From positions 32,001 to 96,000 of IMG/VR virus record IMGVR_UViG_3300042887_004758: a stretch of 64,000 nucleotides of DNA. One strand, given 5' to 3'. A model generated the notes under the pieces. The model worked only from the letters and a program-made list of their open reading frames with translations, did no database searches and was not told where the DNA came from. This DNA comes from a virus. Of this stretch, positions 1 through 10,238 are shown one piece after another (position 1 is the stretch's first letter; each line of letters starts with the position of its first letter). The translations under genes were made by a program, and so were the position numbers.

Positions 1-2
1 AA

Positions 3-731
3 ATGAAAGAACAACTAAGAGTACTTGAGGCTCACGAAACCGGTAAAGGTATTTTGGTGGAGCACGATGCGGGATATATCTCACCAAATCATCCTGAAAA
101 CGAAAAGGTTATCATGGAATCCAAGTCAATGAGAGATCATTCCAAACCATTTATATTCTATGCTGTTCTTCAAAAGTTTGATACTCCAAATAGAAACGGA
201 AGATTATATCCCGAAAAAATATTAAAAAGAGAAGCCGAAAATTATAAGAGAATGATCCAAAAGGGAACTTCCCTTTCAGAGTTGAATCACCCCGAATCAT
301 CTATTGTAGATTTGGAAAGAGTTTCACACATTATTGATGATGTATGGTGGGACGGAAATACCTTGATGGGTAAACTCAGACTTCTAACCTCACCAGCGTT
401 TCACGAAACAGGTATTGTTTCTACACCTGGTGATATTGCTGCAAACCTTATGAGACAAGGATGTACAATGGGTATATCTTCAAGAGGGGTGGGGACTCTA
501 AAAAAGAAGGGAGAACAAAATGAAGTACAAGACGATTTTGAACTTATCTGTTTTGACTTAGTTAGTTCACCATCAACACCAGGAGCATATCTTTTTGACA
601 AACCTGAAGATAAATTCAACTTTGAAGAAAACATAGAAGAAGAAAGAAATTTAAGAAAACCTGAATCTGAAAAAGGATTGGGTAAGTCTCTTGATTTAAT
701 GAACAAACTTTCCGATTTTTTGGGAAGATAA
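3..731 (+). CDS. Prohead maturation protease (T4 gp21-like)
   Basis: NRNGRLYP, ELNHP (His), GISSRGVG (Ser) and FDLVSSPS motifs; upstream of scaffold and major capsid genes. Confidence 0.92.
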   Translation: MKEQLRVLEAHETGKGILVEHDAGYISPNHPENEKVIMESKSMRDHSKPFIFYAVLQKFDTPNRNGRLYPEKILKREAENYKRMIQKGTSLSELNHPESSIVDLERVSHIIDDVWWDGNTLMGKLRLLTSPAFHETGIVSTPGDIAANLMRQGCTMGISSRGVGTLKKKGEQNEVQDDFELICFDLVSSPSTPGAYLFDKPEDKFNFEENIEEERNLRKPESEKGLGKSLDLMNKLSDFLGR

Positions 732-741
732 ATAATTAATT

Positions 742-954
742 ATGGACGAAAAATATTTCATTGCAAAAATCCAATTTGAAACAGTAGATATTCAAACTGG
801 TAAAACCAAAAAAACAAGAGAGGAGAAATTGGTGAGGGGTTTTAGTGTAACCGATGTTGAAGCAAAAGTTACAAAGATTTTTGAAAGGTACACTGAAGAT
901 TGGAGAATCACAAGTGTAATAGAAAGTAAAATCAACGAAGTAATTGAAAAATAA
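742..954 (+). CDS. Small protein, DUF4494-like
   Basis: YFIAKIQFE...GKTKKTREEKLV...SVTDVEAKV pattern resembles the Bacteroidota DUF4494 family (recognised by eye). Confidence 0.6.
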   Translation: MDEKYFIAKIQFETVDIQTGKTKKTREEKLVRGFSVTDVEAKVTKIFERYTEDWRITSVIESKINEVIEK

Positions 955-981
955 AAGAGGGGTCATTTGACCCCTCTTTTT
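953..981 (+). terminator. Intrinsic (bidirectional-type) terminator
   Basis: AAAAGAGGGGTCA-TT-TGACCCCTCTTTT inverted repeat directly after the stop codon. Confidence 0.85.
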
Positions 982-1032
982 ATTTAATTTCATTAATATA
1001 CAAAAAATGTTAGATTTTTCTATAGAAGGGTA

Positions 1033-1039
1033 TATTTAT
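1033..1039 (+). promoter_or_regulatory. TATTTAT putative late promoter (scaffold/capsid operon)
   Basis: Same heptamer recurs on the coding strand upstream of many structural genes (see findings). Confidence 0.6.
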
Positions 1040-1068
1040 TTAGAAAAATAAATCTACTTAAATAGAAA

Positions 1069-2322
1069 ATGAGCAAAAAAGAAATTCTATTAGACGATAC
1101 ACTCTTACAGTTGAAGAACTTAGAAGAGTCTATTGCAAAAAACACAAAAGGAATACTTGCTTCAGTAATGAAGGAAGAAATCAAGTCTTTAGTAAAAGAA
1201 TCTTTAGGTGGTGACACCGATGAGATTAAAGAACAAGGTGAGGAAGATGAACTCGATCTTGAACTCGACACCGAGATGGGTGATGAGGGAGAAGAAGAGG
1301 AAGTTGAACTCGACCTTGATGATGAAGAGGAAATGGACGTTGACCTTCCTGCTGAATTCGGAGACGAGGACTTGGAATCTATGGATGACGAGGAACTCGA
1401 AATGGATTTTGAAGACGAAATGGAAGACGAAGATTTAATCGACATCACAAACATGAGTGATGAAGAACTCGTAAAGGTTTTCAAATTGATGGGTGATCAA
1501 GATGGAGTTATCGTTCAAAAGGAAGATGACGAAATTCACTTGAAAGATGAAAATGCAGATGTAGAATATGAAATTCAATTGGAAGGTGAAGATCACGAAT
1601 TGGAGGAAATGATGGACATGGAGGAAATGATCGACATGGATGAACTCGAAGAAGAAATGGAAGTTTCTGAAATGGAGGACATGGAAGTTTCTGAAATGGA
1701 GGACATGGACGAAGAGGAAGTGATGTACGAAATTGAGTTTGACGAAGAAGAAGAAGACGAAGAAGAAGAGGAAGAAGTTGAGTTAGAAGAAACATACGAA
1801 GAGGCTCACGAAGGTGAGGCACACAAAGAAGAAGCCAAGGAAGCGGCTAGAACCTTGGGTAATGGAAAGGCTTTTGGTAGAAAAGGTTTACCAAAACCAA
1901 GATCAGCACCTTATCATTTGAAAGTAGAATCTTATGAAAAACAAATAAGTCTACTCAAAGAAAAGAATGAAGAGTACAAAAAGGCTCTTGACCTTTTCAG
2001 AACTAAATTAAACGAGGTTGCGATTTTCAACTCAAATTTAGCTTACGCTACCAGATTGTTCACTGAACATTCTACAACCAAACAGGAGAAAATCAATATT
2101 CTTAAAAGATTTGACAACGTAGAGACATTAAAAGAATCAAAAAATCTCTATAAGTCAATCAAGAATGAATTGGTTTCCTCTACAAATGTTGTAACCGAAT
2201 CTGTGGTAAACAAAGTTCAAAAAACACCACAAAAAGGTTCAACAAACTTAGTTGAATCTAAAACATACGAGAACGCTCAGTTCTTGAGAATGAAAGATTT
2301 AATGAACAAAATAAACAAATAA
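1069..2322 (+). CDS. Prohead core/scaffolding protein
   Basis: Extremely Glu/Asp-rich, coiled-coil C-terminus, lies between protease and major capsid genes. Confidence 0.8.
   Translation: MSKKEILLDDTLLQLKNLEESIAKNTKGILASVMKEEIKSLVKESLGGDTDEIKEQGEEDELDLELDTEMGDEGEEEEVELDLDDEEEMDVDLPAEFGDEDLESMDDEELEMDFEDEMEDEDLIDITNMSDEELVKVFKLMGDQDGVIVQKEDDEIHLKDENADVEYEIQLEGEDHELEEMMDMEEMIDMDELEEEMEVSEMEDMEVSEMEDMDEEEVMYEIEFDEEEEDEEEEEEVELEETYEEAHEGEAHKEEAKEAARTLGNGKAFGRKGLPKPRSAPYHLKVESYEKQISLLKEKNEEYKKALDLFRTKLNEVAIFNSNLAYATRLFTEHSTTKQEKINILKRFDNVETLKESKNLYKSIKNELVSSTNVVTESVVNKVQKTPQKGSTNLVESKTYENAQFLRMKDLMNKINK
1657..1704 (+). repeat. 24-nt tandem duplication (MEVSEMED x2)
   Basis: ATGGAAGTTTCTGAAATGGAGGAC repeated twice. 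Confidence 0.8.
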
Positions 2323-2343
2323 ACTAAACAAAAAAAAATTAAT

Positions 2344-4146
2344 ATGGGAGCATTATTAGAAAGTGGTTTAGTTGGTAACATCGGTCTTAAGCACCTTAAA
2401 GTTATCAAAGAAGACACTATAAACAAATGGGACAAACTTGGTTTCTTGGAAGGATTGGGCGGACACTTAAAAGAAAACATGGCTCAACTTTATGAGAACC
2501 AAGCGTCACACTTAATCAACGAAGCGGCATCAACAGATTCTTCAGGTTCATTTGAGACTGTTGTATTCCCTATCATCAGAAGAGTTTTCTCAAAACTTTT
2601 GGCTAATGATATCGTTTCTGTTCAGGCGATGAACTTACCTATCGGTAAACTTTTCTACTTCGTACCTAAGATTCAAGCTTATGATACAGGAAATGCACAT
2701 TATCCACCGGTTGGTTCACCTGAAGCGGTTGCAAACGGGGATAATAATCCAAACCAAGGATATTCAACAGGTAAAAACCTTTATGATAGATTCTATGAGG
2801 GTAATGAAGCAACTTTGGACCCTCCTGGTTTGTTCGACTACTCAAAAGGAAGATATTCTTCAATTACTTCAACTGACGTTGTTACACAAGTTTGGAGTAG
2901 TGGTGATTTGATTGCATCAGGTTATGGTGCTGGTGAATACAGAAAAGTTCTCCTTACATTATCAGGATTTAGTAACGGTGGTTTTGGTAAATTACTCGGA
3001 CCTGACGGTAATATGGTTGATAGTGAGACTTTCCTTTCGGATTTGACTGTAAAAGCAACAACTATAGCTGGAGGTGCATTCTCAGGTGCTGGTAGTGGTA
3101 ACTTACTCTTTAGAGTTGTGACTCAAAAATACGGAAAAGGAATTGTTCAATATGGATCACAAGAAACTGTAGCTTTCGGACAAAGCAATACAGGTAATGG
3201 TGGAACTTTTGACAATATTTGTGATGCGAATGGTAAAATTTACTTAGAAGTTGACCTTCAGGTTCCTTGTTCCATAGGTGCAAATTCATTGGATGGTTAC
3301 TCAGGTTTAACTACTACCTTTGCAGGTACTTCAATTGCGGGATCCCAATTCTACTGTACTTACAGAATTTATGAAGAACTCGAATTCGAAGATAAGATTG
3401 GTGAAGTTTCATTTGATCTTGAGTCTGTGACTGTTTCTGTTTCAGAAAGAAAGTTGAGAGCTCAATGGTCTCCTGAACTTGCTCAAGACGTTGCTGCGTT
3501 CCACAACATCGACGCTGAGGCTGAATTGACAGCGTTGTTATCAGAACAGGTCGCGGCAGAAATCGACAGAGAAATCTTGAGAGATTTGAGAAAAGGTGCG
3601 GCATGGCAGTTAAGATGGGACTACAACGGTTGGAAGAGAGGTACATCATCTAACCCATTAACCCAGTACACACAGAAGGATTGGAACCAAACATTGATCA
3701 CTGCGATCAACCAACTTTCTGCACAAATCCACAAATCAACATTGAGAGGTGGTGCGAACTGGATCGTTGTTTCATCCGAAGTTTCAGCTATTTTTGATGA
3801 CTTGGAATACTTCCACGTTTCAAACGCAGCTCCTGAACAGGATCAATACAACATGGGTATTGAAAGAGTTGGTACATTATCTGGTAGATACCAGGTTTAC
3901 CGTGACCCATACTTCCCACCAAACCAAATCTTGATTGGTCATAAGGGAACGTCATTACTTGACACAGGTTACGTTTACGCACCATATGTACCTCTCCAAT
4001 TGACACCAACAATGTATAACCCATTCAACTTCACCCCAATCAAGGGTATCATGACCAGATACGCTAAGAAGATGGTGAACAACAGATTCTACGGTAGAAT
4101 CACTGTTGATGGTGTTAGAACATTCGACCTCAACGAATTGAGATAA
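2344..4146 (+). CDS. Major capsid protein (T4 gp23-like)
   Basis: IVSVQAMNLPIG, RKLRAQWSPELAQD, EIDREI, YAPYVPL and IMTRYA motifs. Confidence 0.96.
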   Translation: MGALLESGLVGNIGLKHLKVIKEDTINKWDKLGFLEGLGGHLKENMAQLYENQASHLINEAASTDSSGSFETVVFPIIRRVFSKLLANDIVSVQAMNLPIGKLFYFVPKIQAYDTGNAHYPPVGSPEAVANGDNNPNQGYSTGKNLYDRFYEGNEATLDPPGLFDYSKGRYSSITSTDVVTQVWSSGDLIASGYGAGEYRKVLLTLSGFSNGGFGKLLGPDGNMVDSETFLSDLTVKATTIAGGAFSGAGSGNLLFRVVTQKYGKGIVQYGSQETVAFGQSNTGNGGTFDNICDANGKIYLEVDLQVPCSIGANSLDGYSGLTTTFAGTSIAGSQFYCTYRIYEELEFEDKIGEVSFDLESVTVSVSERKLRAQWSPELAQDVAAFHNIDAEAELTALLSEQVAAEIDREILRDLRKGAAWQLRWDYNGWKRGTSSNPLTQYTQKDWNQTLITAINQLSAQIHKSTLRGGANWIVVSSEVSAIFDDLEYFHVSNAAPEQDQYNMGIERVGTLSGRYQVYRDPYFPPNQILIGHKGTSLLDTGYVYAPYVPLQLTPTMYNPFNFTPIKGIMTRYAKKMVNNRFYGRITVDGVRTFDLNELR

Positions 4147-4164
4147 TCAATTTAGAACACAAAG

Positions 4165-4192
4165 AAAAAGGGAACTTCGGTTCCCTTTTTTT
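4165..4192 (+). terminator. Intrinsic terminator with UUCG tetraloop
   Basis: AAAAAGGGAAC-TTCG-GTTCCCTTTTTTT between convergent genes. Confidence 0.9.
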
Positions 4193-4415
4193 ATTCCTCA
4201 GAATTTCTGATTTTTCTTATAGATTTACTTATAATTTCAGCTTCTTCCAAACTTAGAATACCCTTCCCTTGTGCGTATTCACAGCACCACATCAAACAGA
4301 ACATGGATTGTTCTACTGTAAGATTATCTATAAATTTGTTCAAATCATCAACTGTGTAATAATTCAGAGTATTGAATAAAATACCGAGTGGTTTTTGTTC
4401 TTCTTCATTTTCCAT
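4191..4415 (-). CDS. Hypothetical protein (probable start MENEEEQK at 4415)
   Basis: Fills the gap; ends at the bidirectional terminator. Confidence 0.65.
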   Translation of the reverse strand: MENEEEQKPLGILFNTLNYYTVDDLNKFIDNLTVEQSMFCLMWCCEYAQGKGILSLEEAEIISKSIRKIRNSEE

Positions 4416-4458
4416 AGGTAAAAAATACAATTTTCCGATATATTTATCAATAAAAAAG

Positions 4459-5361
4459 ATGTCTCAGTTAAAAGAAGATTTAGCGGTTTGGTTTGGTAAA
4501 AAGAAAAAATCTAAAGGGTCAAAACAACCACAAGGGCCGTGGGTGAATATATGTAAAAAAAAGGAAGGTGGTGGTCATCCTCCCTGTGGAAGAGATGAGG
4601 GTGAAACAAGAGGTTATCCTGTATGTAGGGCTAGATCTGTGGCTTCCAAAATGACTGAAGAGGAGAAAAAATCTGCTTGTGCAAGAAAAAGATCAAAAGA
4701 AAAGAAAGACCCTCAATCAGGGAAGGGACAAAAACCAACAAGAATTCAAATAAAAGGATACAAAAAAGAATCAGTTATGGATAAAAAGCCAATTTTTGAG
4801 TGGAAAACTCTCAACGAAAATAAGATTGTTTTGAGTGAAGAAATGAAATATCATATTGATAATAATATTTCAATTCACGAAAATGTTTTTAGGATGGGAT
4901 CTGACAAATATTTCTCTTTATTTAGGGAAGCAAGAAGTTTGGGTTATGAAAACTTCAACAATCAAGTGGATAGATGGTTAATTAAAAATACAGATATTGG
5001 TTTGTTTGAACTATATGAAGGGGAATTAGTTCCTTTAGATGTCCCGATGTTATATGAAGCCGAGTATCAGGGAAAAAAGGTTCAATTAAATAAACCTATG
5101 AGAGGGGGTAGTGGTGGAAAAAAATTCAAGGTTTATGTAAAAGATCCAAAGACGGGTAATGTAAGAAAAGTTTCATTTGGTGCCGCTGGAGGTGGTGGAT
5201 CCTTGGCTGTTAAATTAAAAGATCCTGCGGCTAAGAGATCATTTGCCGCAAGACACAAATGTCATACAACCAAAGACAAAACAACTGCGTCTTATTGGGC
5301 ATGTCGTTTACCAAGATATGCTAAGTCTTTGGGGTTAAGTGGTGGTGGAACATGGTGGTAA
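4459..5361 (+). CDS. Lys/Cys-rich multi-module phage protein, possible internal head protein (probable start MSQLKEDL at 4459)
   Basis: TATTTAT at 4441-4447 precedes ATG 4459; modules GPWVNI..HPPCGR..YPVCR and KVSFG..SFAARHKC..YWACR resemble ones seen in T4-like phages. Confidence 0.7.
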   Translation: MSQLKEDLAVWFGKKKKSKGSKQPQGPWVNICKKKEGGGHPPCGRDEGETRGYPVCRARSVASKMTEEEKKSACARKRSKEKKDPQSGKGQKPTRIQIKGYKKESVMDKKPIFEWKTLNENKIVLSEEMKYHIDNNISIHENVFRMGSDKYFSLFREARSLGYENFNNQVDRWLIKNTDIGLFELYEGELVPLDVPMLYEAEYQGKKVQLNKPMRGGSGGKKFKVYVKDPKTGNVRKVSFGAAGGGGSLAVKLKDPAAKRSFAARHKCHTTKDKTTASYWACRLPRYAKSLGLSGGGTWW

Positions 5362-5621
5362 ATCCTTATCAGGAAGAAGTAAATGACCGTGTAATCACCC
5401 GCATTTTCAACGAAAATGTTGGGAGTGATGAACTGGTATGGCATCGTGATAGAAACGACCGTATTGTGGAGATATTGGAGTCTGACGGATGGTATTTTCA
5501 GTTTGAAGATCAGTTACCAACAGAAATGAAAAAAGGGGATGTATTGAACATCCCCAAAGAAAGTTATCACCGAATTATCAAAGGTTCAAATGATTTGATT
5601 GTGAAGATTTACGAAATTTGA
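5352..5621 (+). CDS. Small cupin-like protein
   Basis: WHRD...IPKESYHRIIKG cupin-type histidine motifs. Confidence 0.6.
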   Translation: MVVNPYQEEVNDRVITRIFNENVGSDELVWHRDRNDRIVEILESDGWYFQFEDQLPTEMKKGDVLNIPKESYHRIIKGSNDLIVKIYEI

Positions 5622-5781
5622 TTTGGTAGTGTGGTGAAGACATTAAATCTTCGTGGAATAAATTAAAATAATCTAACGCTGAATCCGCAGATTGAGCCTC
5701 TGTTTGGTTAATAACTTTTCCTTCCTTAATTAGTTCATAGGTCCGATAATTCATTGTTATGGGATTTGTCAATAAATACAC
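5578..5781 (-). CDS. Hypothetical protein (start may be the internal Met, MNYRTY)
   Basis: Short ORF downstream of the TBDR on the same strand. Confidence 0.5.
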   Translation of the reverse strand: MYLLTNPITMNYRTYELIKEGKVINQTEAQSADSALDYFNLFHEDLMSSPHYQIKFRKSSQSNHLNL

Positions 5782-5801
5782 AAAAATGTGTAATAATTAC
5801 A

Positions 5802-8585
5802 TCAATTGAAATTATATTTCAAACTAAAATTGACATTTGATCCCATCCTTGTTTCTTGCCATCTGTTGTCCCCTTCATCCAATTTTTCATTACCGTTAAG
5901 GTCTTGGAACATCACCAAATCTTGTGAGAGTAAATCTCTAACATTAAATTTCATTTCAATATTTCCGAATTTTTTGGAAACCTGAAGATCAATCAAATTT
6001 CGCCCATTTTCCCAAACCGATGGTTCTTGAATATTTCCGACGATGAAGATTCTCGGACCGACCATATTGTAACTTGCGGAAACATTCCAATTATTTTGTG
6101 TGTTATATAACAAACCAAAGTTATAAACATAAGGTGATTGACCCTGTAATGGTCTTCCATTTTCAGATCCCTCAAATCCATTCAAATCAACTTCAGATTG
6201 AACCAATGAAACATTGGATGTAAGATTTAGATTGTCAATCAGATTTATTTTACCTTCAAATTCAATACCTCTGATAAACGCACTTTCAACATTCGAATAA
6301 TAAATCTCTGGTGCCCCTGAAACACCAGTTCTATTAATCAATTCAATTGGATTGGTTAAGTTCTTGTTGAATATCGAAATAGAAAAAATCTCATTTAAAT
6401 CGGGATAAAACTCAAACCTTACTTCTTGGTTATTTATTTTTGTTCTTTCTAAATATGGATTTCCTGTGATGATATTATCTTGAATAAAGTTGTAGAAGGT
6501 GAAGGGTGCGAGTTCTCTAAATTCAGGTCTTGAAACACTTGAATATACGGACGACCTAAGTTGGGTCTTTTCATTTATTGTATAAACAAAATTGAATGAA
6601 GGTAAGAAGTCAGTTATATTACTATTAATATGAATTGGTTTATTTGAACCAAATTCTGTGTAGAAAAAGTTTTGATTGTAATTTTCAATTCTTACACCAT
6701 AGATAAATCTGAATGATTTATATTTTGTATCAAATGATGTATATCCCGCCCCTAATGTGGAGTTTGCATTATAACTATCATCCACATTGGTTGATTCATC
6801 TAATTTAAAACCACCCATCCCATTGTCCAATAGTCCCATATTTTCTTGTGAAAAAATCTGACTTGGATCCAAAAGAAGTAATGAACTATCAAAATAACCG
6901 TTTTGTGGTTTGTATTGTGAATAACCTAAGTTACGAGAGATAAAATTTCTATCTCTGTGTTGATACATCCCACCTATCTTCACTTCATTTTCAAATGAAC
7001 CGAGTGTTATATTTCTTGACCAATCTAATTTTCCTGAATATAGATCTTCATCAGAATAAGACCAAAACATATTTCCCGCTGCGGTGGGGATAGTTCCATT
7101 TGATTGTATTACAGCAGTATATTGTGTATTTGGATCATCTTCATTCAAAGAATATTTTCGGTAAACTATTCTTCTTAAGTTTGGAATATCTCTTCTAACA
7201 TTGTTGTAACTCAAATTCCAATTCAACTTTGAATTTATGATGTTGTGAGTTCCAATTAACTGTTGTGATAAAAAGTTATTTTGTGTATACCAAAAATTTG
7301 TGGATCTTTCCCATTGTCTTGGGTCATTATCCATCTCTCTTACACCTTGTCTTACGTTAATTCTATCTTCAGAATTTATGGTGTAAAAGTTCTTTAATTT
7401 TATGGTATTATTAGGATTTAATAACAAAGAAAAATTAAGAAGACCACTGTTTGCGATATTGTGAACAAAAACTGAGTCATTAAGTTCCATCTTTTGAACA
7501 ACACCCAAACTTTGTTCTTCAAAATCTCTTCTTGTTGTAGTGGTGGTATTAAACTGACTTGAATAATTATAAGCTCCGCTTAAAAGAAGGGTTCTACTTC
7601 CAAATGAATAATTTTTTCCTACTGAATATTGAAAAGTAGAAGATACAGGTGCTTTTCTTGAATATGTTGACCAATCCGTTTGAATCAACGATGCAAGTTC
7701 AGCTCTTTCTTGTTTGGATAAATTTACAAACTCAGAAGTGTTTGGAATATTGTCGGGTAAACATCTAAATTCCGATCCCAACCCAATTGGATCCATCGGA
7801 CTCCCTCTGTAAGTTCCAAAGTCTTGGAAGGTGGTCATCGTGTTGAATGATGTTCCGATCTGAAAATTCTGATATGTCACTTCCTTCGGATCTGTTGTAT
7901 TGATGTTAATTAAACCACCTGAGAATTCACCAGAGAGATCAGGTGAGGACGATTTATTAACATACAAGTTGTCAATCATATTGGAAGGAAACAAATCAAA
8001 TGAAAATGCTCTTCTATCTGATTCGGTTGAAGGGAGAGGAGTTCCATTGATATAAGCGAAGTTATATCTATCGTTTAAACCCCTGATAATAACAAATTTA
8101 TTTTCTTGTATTGTTACACCCCCAACTCTTTTGAATACATCGGATGCTTTAGCGTCGGGTGTTTTACTAAAAACCTCTGAAGAAACACCATCAATAACTG
8201 ATGCTGATCTTTTTTGTAAAGCAATCATCTGTGTTGCAGATTGTTGATTTGCCTGAGCAACAACTGTGGCCTCACCTATTTCCAAAAAGACGGGGTTAAG
8301 AGATACATCAACAACCCCACTTTTTCCAACCATATTTATACTTTCAACTGAAGTGTCATAACCGATAAAACTGAATCTAACATTATAAACCCCTGAAGGA
8401 ATATTTTGAATTGAGAAGTTTCCATCAAGGTCACTCATCGTCCCTTTACCTAATTCCTCAATATATACCGTTGCACCAATCAACGACTCCCGTGATTGAG
8501 AGTCGTTGACCGTGCCAGATAAATTATATTGTGAAAATAAACAAAAAGGTAAGAATAAAAATATAAATAAGTTGAAGTATTTCAT
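5802..8585 (-). CDS. TonB-dependent outer-membrane receptor (Bacteroidota type)
   Basis: Signal peptide, carboxypeptidase-regulatory-like N-domain (LIGATV, FSFIGY), plug (IIRGLNDRYN), barrel motifs SRPEFRELAPF and GNPYL, terminal YNF. Confidence 0.93.
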   Translation of the reverse strand: MKYFNLFIFLFLPFCLFSQYNLSGTVNDSQSRESLIGATVYIEELGKGTMSDLDGNFSIQNIPSGVYNVRFSFIGYDTSVESINMVGKSGVVDVSLNPVFLEIGEATVVAQANQQSATQMIALQKRSASVIDGVSSEVFSKTPDAKASDVFKRVGGVTIQENKFVIIRGLNDRYNFAYINGTPLPSTESDRRAFSFDLFPSNMIDNLYVNKSSSPDLSGEFSGGLININTTDPKEVTYQNFQIGTSFNTMTTFQDFGTYRGSPMDPIGLGSEFRCLPDNIPNTSEFVNLSKQERAELASLIQTDWSTYSRKAPVSSTFQYSVGKNYSFGSRTLLLSGAYNYSSQFNTTTTTRRDFEEQSLGVVQKMELNDSVFVHNIANSGLLNFSLLLNPNNTIKLKNFYTINSEDRINVRQGVREMDNDPRQWERSTNFWYTQNNFLSQQLIGTHNIINSKLNWNLSYNNVRRDIPNLRRIVYRKYSLNEDDPNTQYTAVIQSNGTIPTAAGNMFWSYSDEDLYSGKLDWSRNITLGSFENEVKIGGMYQHRDRNFISRNLGYSQYKPQNGYFDSSLLLLDPSQIFSQENMGLLDNGMGGFKLDESTNVDDSYNANSTLGAGYTSFDTKYKSFRFIYGVRIENYNQNFFYTEFGSNKPIHINSNITDFLPSFNFVYTINEKTQLRSSVYSSVSRPEFRELAPFTFYNFIQDNIITGNPYLERTKINNQEVRFEFYPDLNEIFSISIFNKNLTNPIELINRTGVSGAPEIYYSNVESAFIRGIEFEGKINLIDNLNLTSNVSLVQSEVDLNGFEGSENGRPLQGQSPYVYNFGLLYNTQNNWNVSASYNMVGPRIFIVGNIQEPSVWENGRNLIDLQVSKKFGNIEMKFNVRDLLSQDLVMFQDLNGNEKLDEGDNRWQETRMGSNVNFSLKYNFN

Positions 8586-8586
8586 T

Positions 8587-10179
8587 TTACTTTTGTATTA
8601 CAAACTTCTGAACATCATTGGATGTTTGAATGAAATAAATTCCATCTTCAAAGTTTGAAAGATTGATTGTGGTTGGTGCATAATCCTCATAAACTCTTTG
8701 ACCCACCTGATTCATCACGAAGATGGGAGTTCTATTTGGTGAAACAACATTCAAAAAGTCAGAGGTTGGGTTGGGGTAAATTGTGAAGTTGGATGTGGTT
8801 TTGTTGTCAACACCGATCACAACAGGATTTGACAAAAGTGGATGTGTGAAATCCGCTCCCAAAGCTGGTGAATTACTTTCGCTAAGTCTAGCATCAGGAG
8901 TCAAACCCAAATCAACAAACAAATTAACCCAATCAATTTGTTCAACTGTTGTTGTTGAGTCGTTGTTGTTTACACCGAAGAATGAGTTGTAAAAATCCTC
9001 CGTTCCTGAAACACAATTTGAACCATTCGGAAGATCAGCCAAAATATTATTTGCAAACACCAAATCTCCGATTGTTACATTCACTTGTGACGAAATACCT
9101 TCAATTGACACGCCTTTTTCCCAACCTGTAACCAAAGAATTGAAGATAGAAGTTGAGGTGTTTCTTCTCAAACGAAATGCCTTTTCAAAGGTCTCACCAT
9201 TTGGAAGAGTTTCTGTAACATCATCACCAAATGGTCCAACCAAAGTTACATTAGAAAAAACAGGTGAGGTTAGAGGTTCATTAGGAGATCCTTGACCATC
9301 GTTGTCTGATTCAAATGAGTTAGAGTCACCAACTGCATCATACATATATTTGTTTCTAATTGACAAAACAAATTGAACTTTTCCTCTGTAACCAAAGTCT
9401 GTGTCAAAATCATCATCAATACCACTATAAGCGATGAGGTGCTTACAATTTACAGTTCCACCGAACCATTCAAATGAATCATCACCTGAATAAGATACTT
9501 GAACATTATTTACATAAGTCCCTGAACCGACAGAACCAAAGGTAATGCCGTTGATTTCTTTATTTGGTTCAAGAGCAATACCACAAAATTCAACTCTAAC
9601 ATATTCTAATATACCTGAGTTGTCATTATCATCAGTTCCACCGTATTCAGTATCCGAAGAGGCTGGAATACCTTCGATATTTGCAATACCACCAGGTTGA
9701 TTATTGATTGCATTACCCAAAATAACTAATCCTCCCCAATCACCCTCAGCTCTCTCACCCACAGGTTGATTGGATGTAAAAACGATGGGTTGGTCTTGTG
9801 TCCCTTGTGCAATAATTTTGGAACCTTTCGTGACAATCAAAGTTGCTTGTGTTGATGCGTCTCCTCTGATAATTGTTCCTGGTTGAATTGTCAAAACCGC
9901 ACCATTTTTGACATATATTTTGTTTTGGAGTTCAACAACACCTCCGATGGTTGTATTAACCGTAATATCAGAAGAAAGGATCATAGACGGGGTTGGGTAT
10001 TCTGTGTTTTGTGGATCCCAATTTGTCCATCCATAAGTCCAATCGGTGGCTGTTGTGTTGTCAGTCACAGGGAAGGCACCTCTGTAGTTTACATAATCCC
10101 AAGTCCATTCTTGAGCATTAGTCGTCAAAAGACCCATAAATAGTGACAGGGTCAGCAAAATTTGTTTTCTCATAATCAT
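8587..10179 (-). CDS. Secreted beta-helix protein with T9SS type A C-terminal sorting domain
   Basis: Signal peptide; GDWGGLVILG, DDSFEWFGG and DDDFDTDFGY motifs; C-terminal FTIYPNPTSD...GIYFI...QKFVIQK. Confidence 0.85.
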   Translation of the reverse strand: MIMRKQILLTLSLFMGLLTTNAQEWTWDYVNYRGAFPVTDNTTATDWTYGWTNWDPQNTEYPTPSMILSSDITVNTTIGGVVELQNKIYVKNGAVLTIQPGTIIRGDASTQATLIVTKGSKIIAQGTQDQPIVFTSNQPVGERAEGDWGGLVILGNAINNQPGGIANIEGIPASSDTEYGGTDDNDNSGILEYVRVEFCGIALEPNKEINGITFGSVGSGTYVNNVQVSYSGDDSFEWFGGTVNCKHLIAYSGIDDDFDTDFGYRGKVQFVLSIRNKYMYDAVGDSNSFESDNDGQGSPNEPLTSPVFSNVTLVGPFGDDVTETLPNGETFEKAFRLRRNTSTSIFNSLVTGWEKGVSIEGISSQVNVTIGDLVFANNILADLPNGSNCVSGTEDFYNSFFGVNNNDSTTTVEQIDWVNLFVDLGLTPDARLSESNSPALGADFTHPLLSNPVVIGVDNKTTSNFTIYPNPTSDFLNVVSPNRTPIFVMNQVGQRVYEDYAPTTINLSNFEDGIYFIQTSNDVQKFVIQK

Positions 10180-10238
10180 CTTTTTTTAAATTTATTGTAA
10201 ATTATACGTCTATAATTACAATAGGTCAAAAGAAGGTT

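Noticed and set aside
401-1822. Ser-rich antisense ORFs opposite the protease and scaffold genes
   Set aside because: Mirror of Glu/Asp codons; no independent coding signal
4372-4458. Extended N-termini given by the ORF track (4372, 4430, 23436, 31479)
   Set aside because: They overlap neighbouring genes or promoter motifs; downstream ATGs fit better
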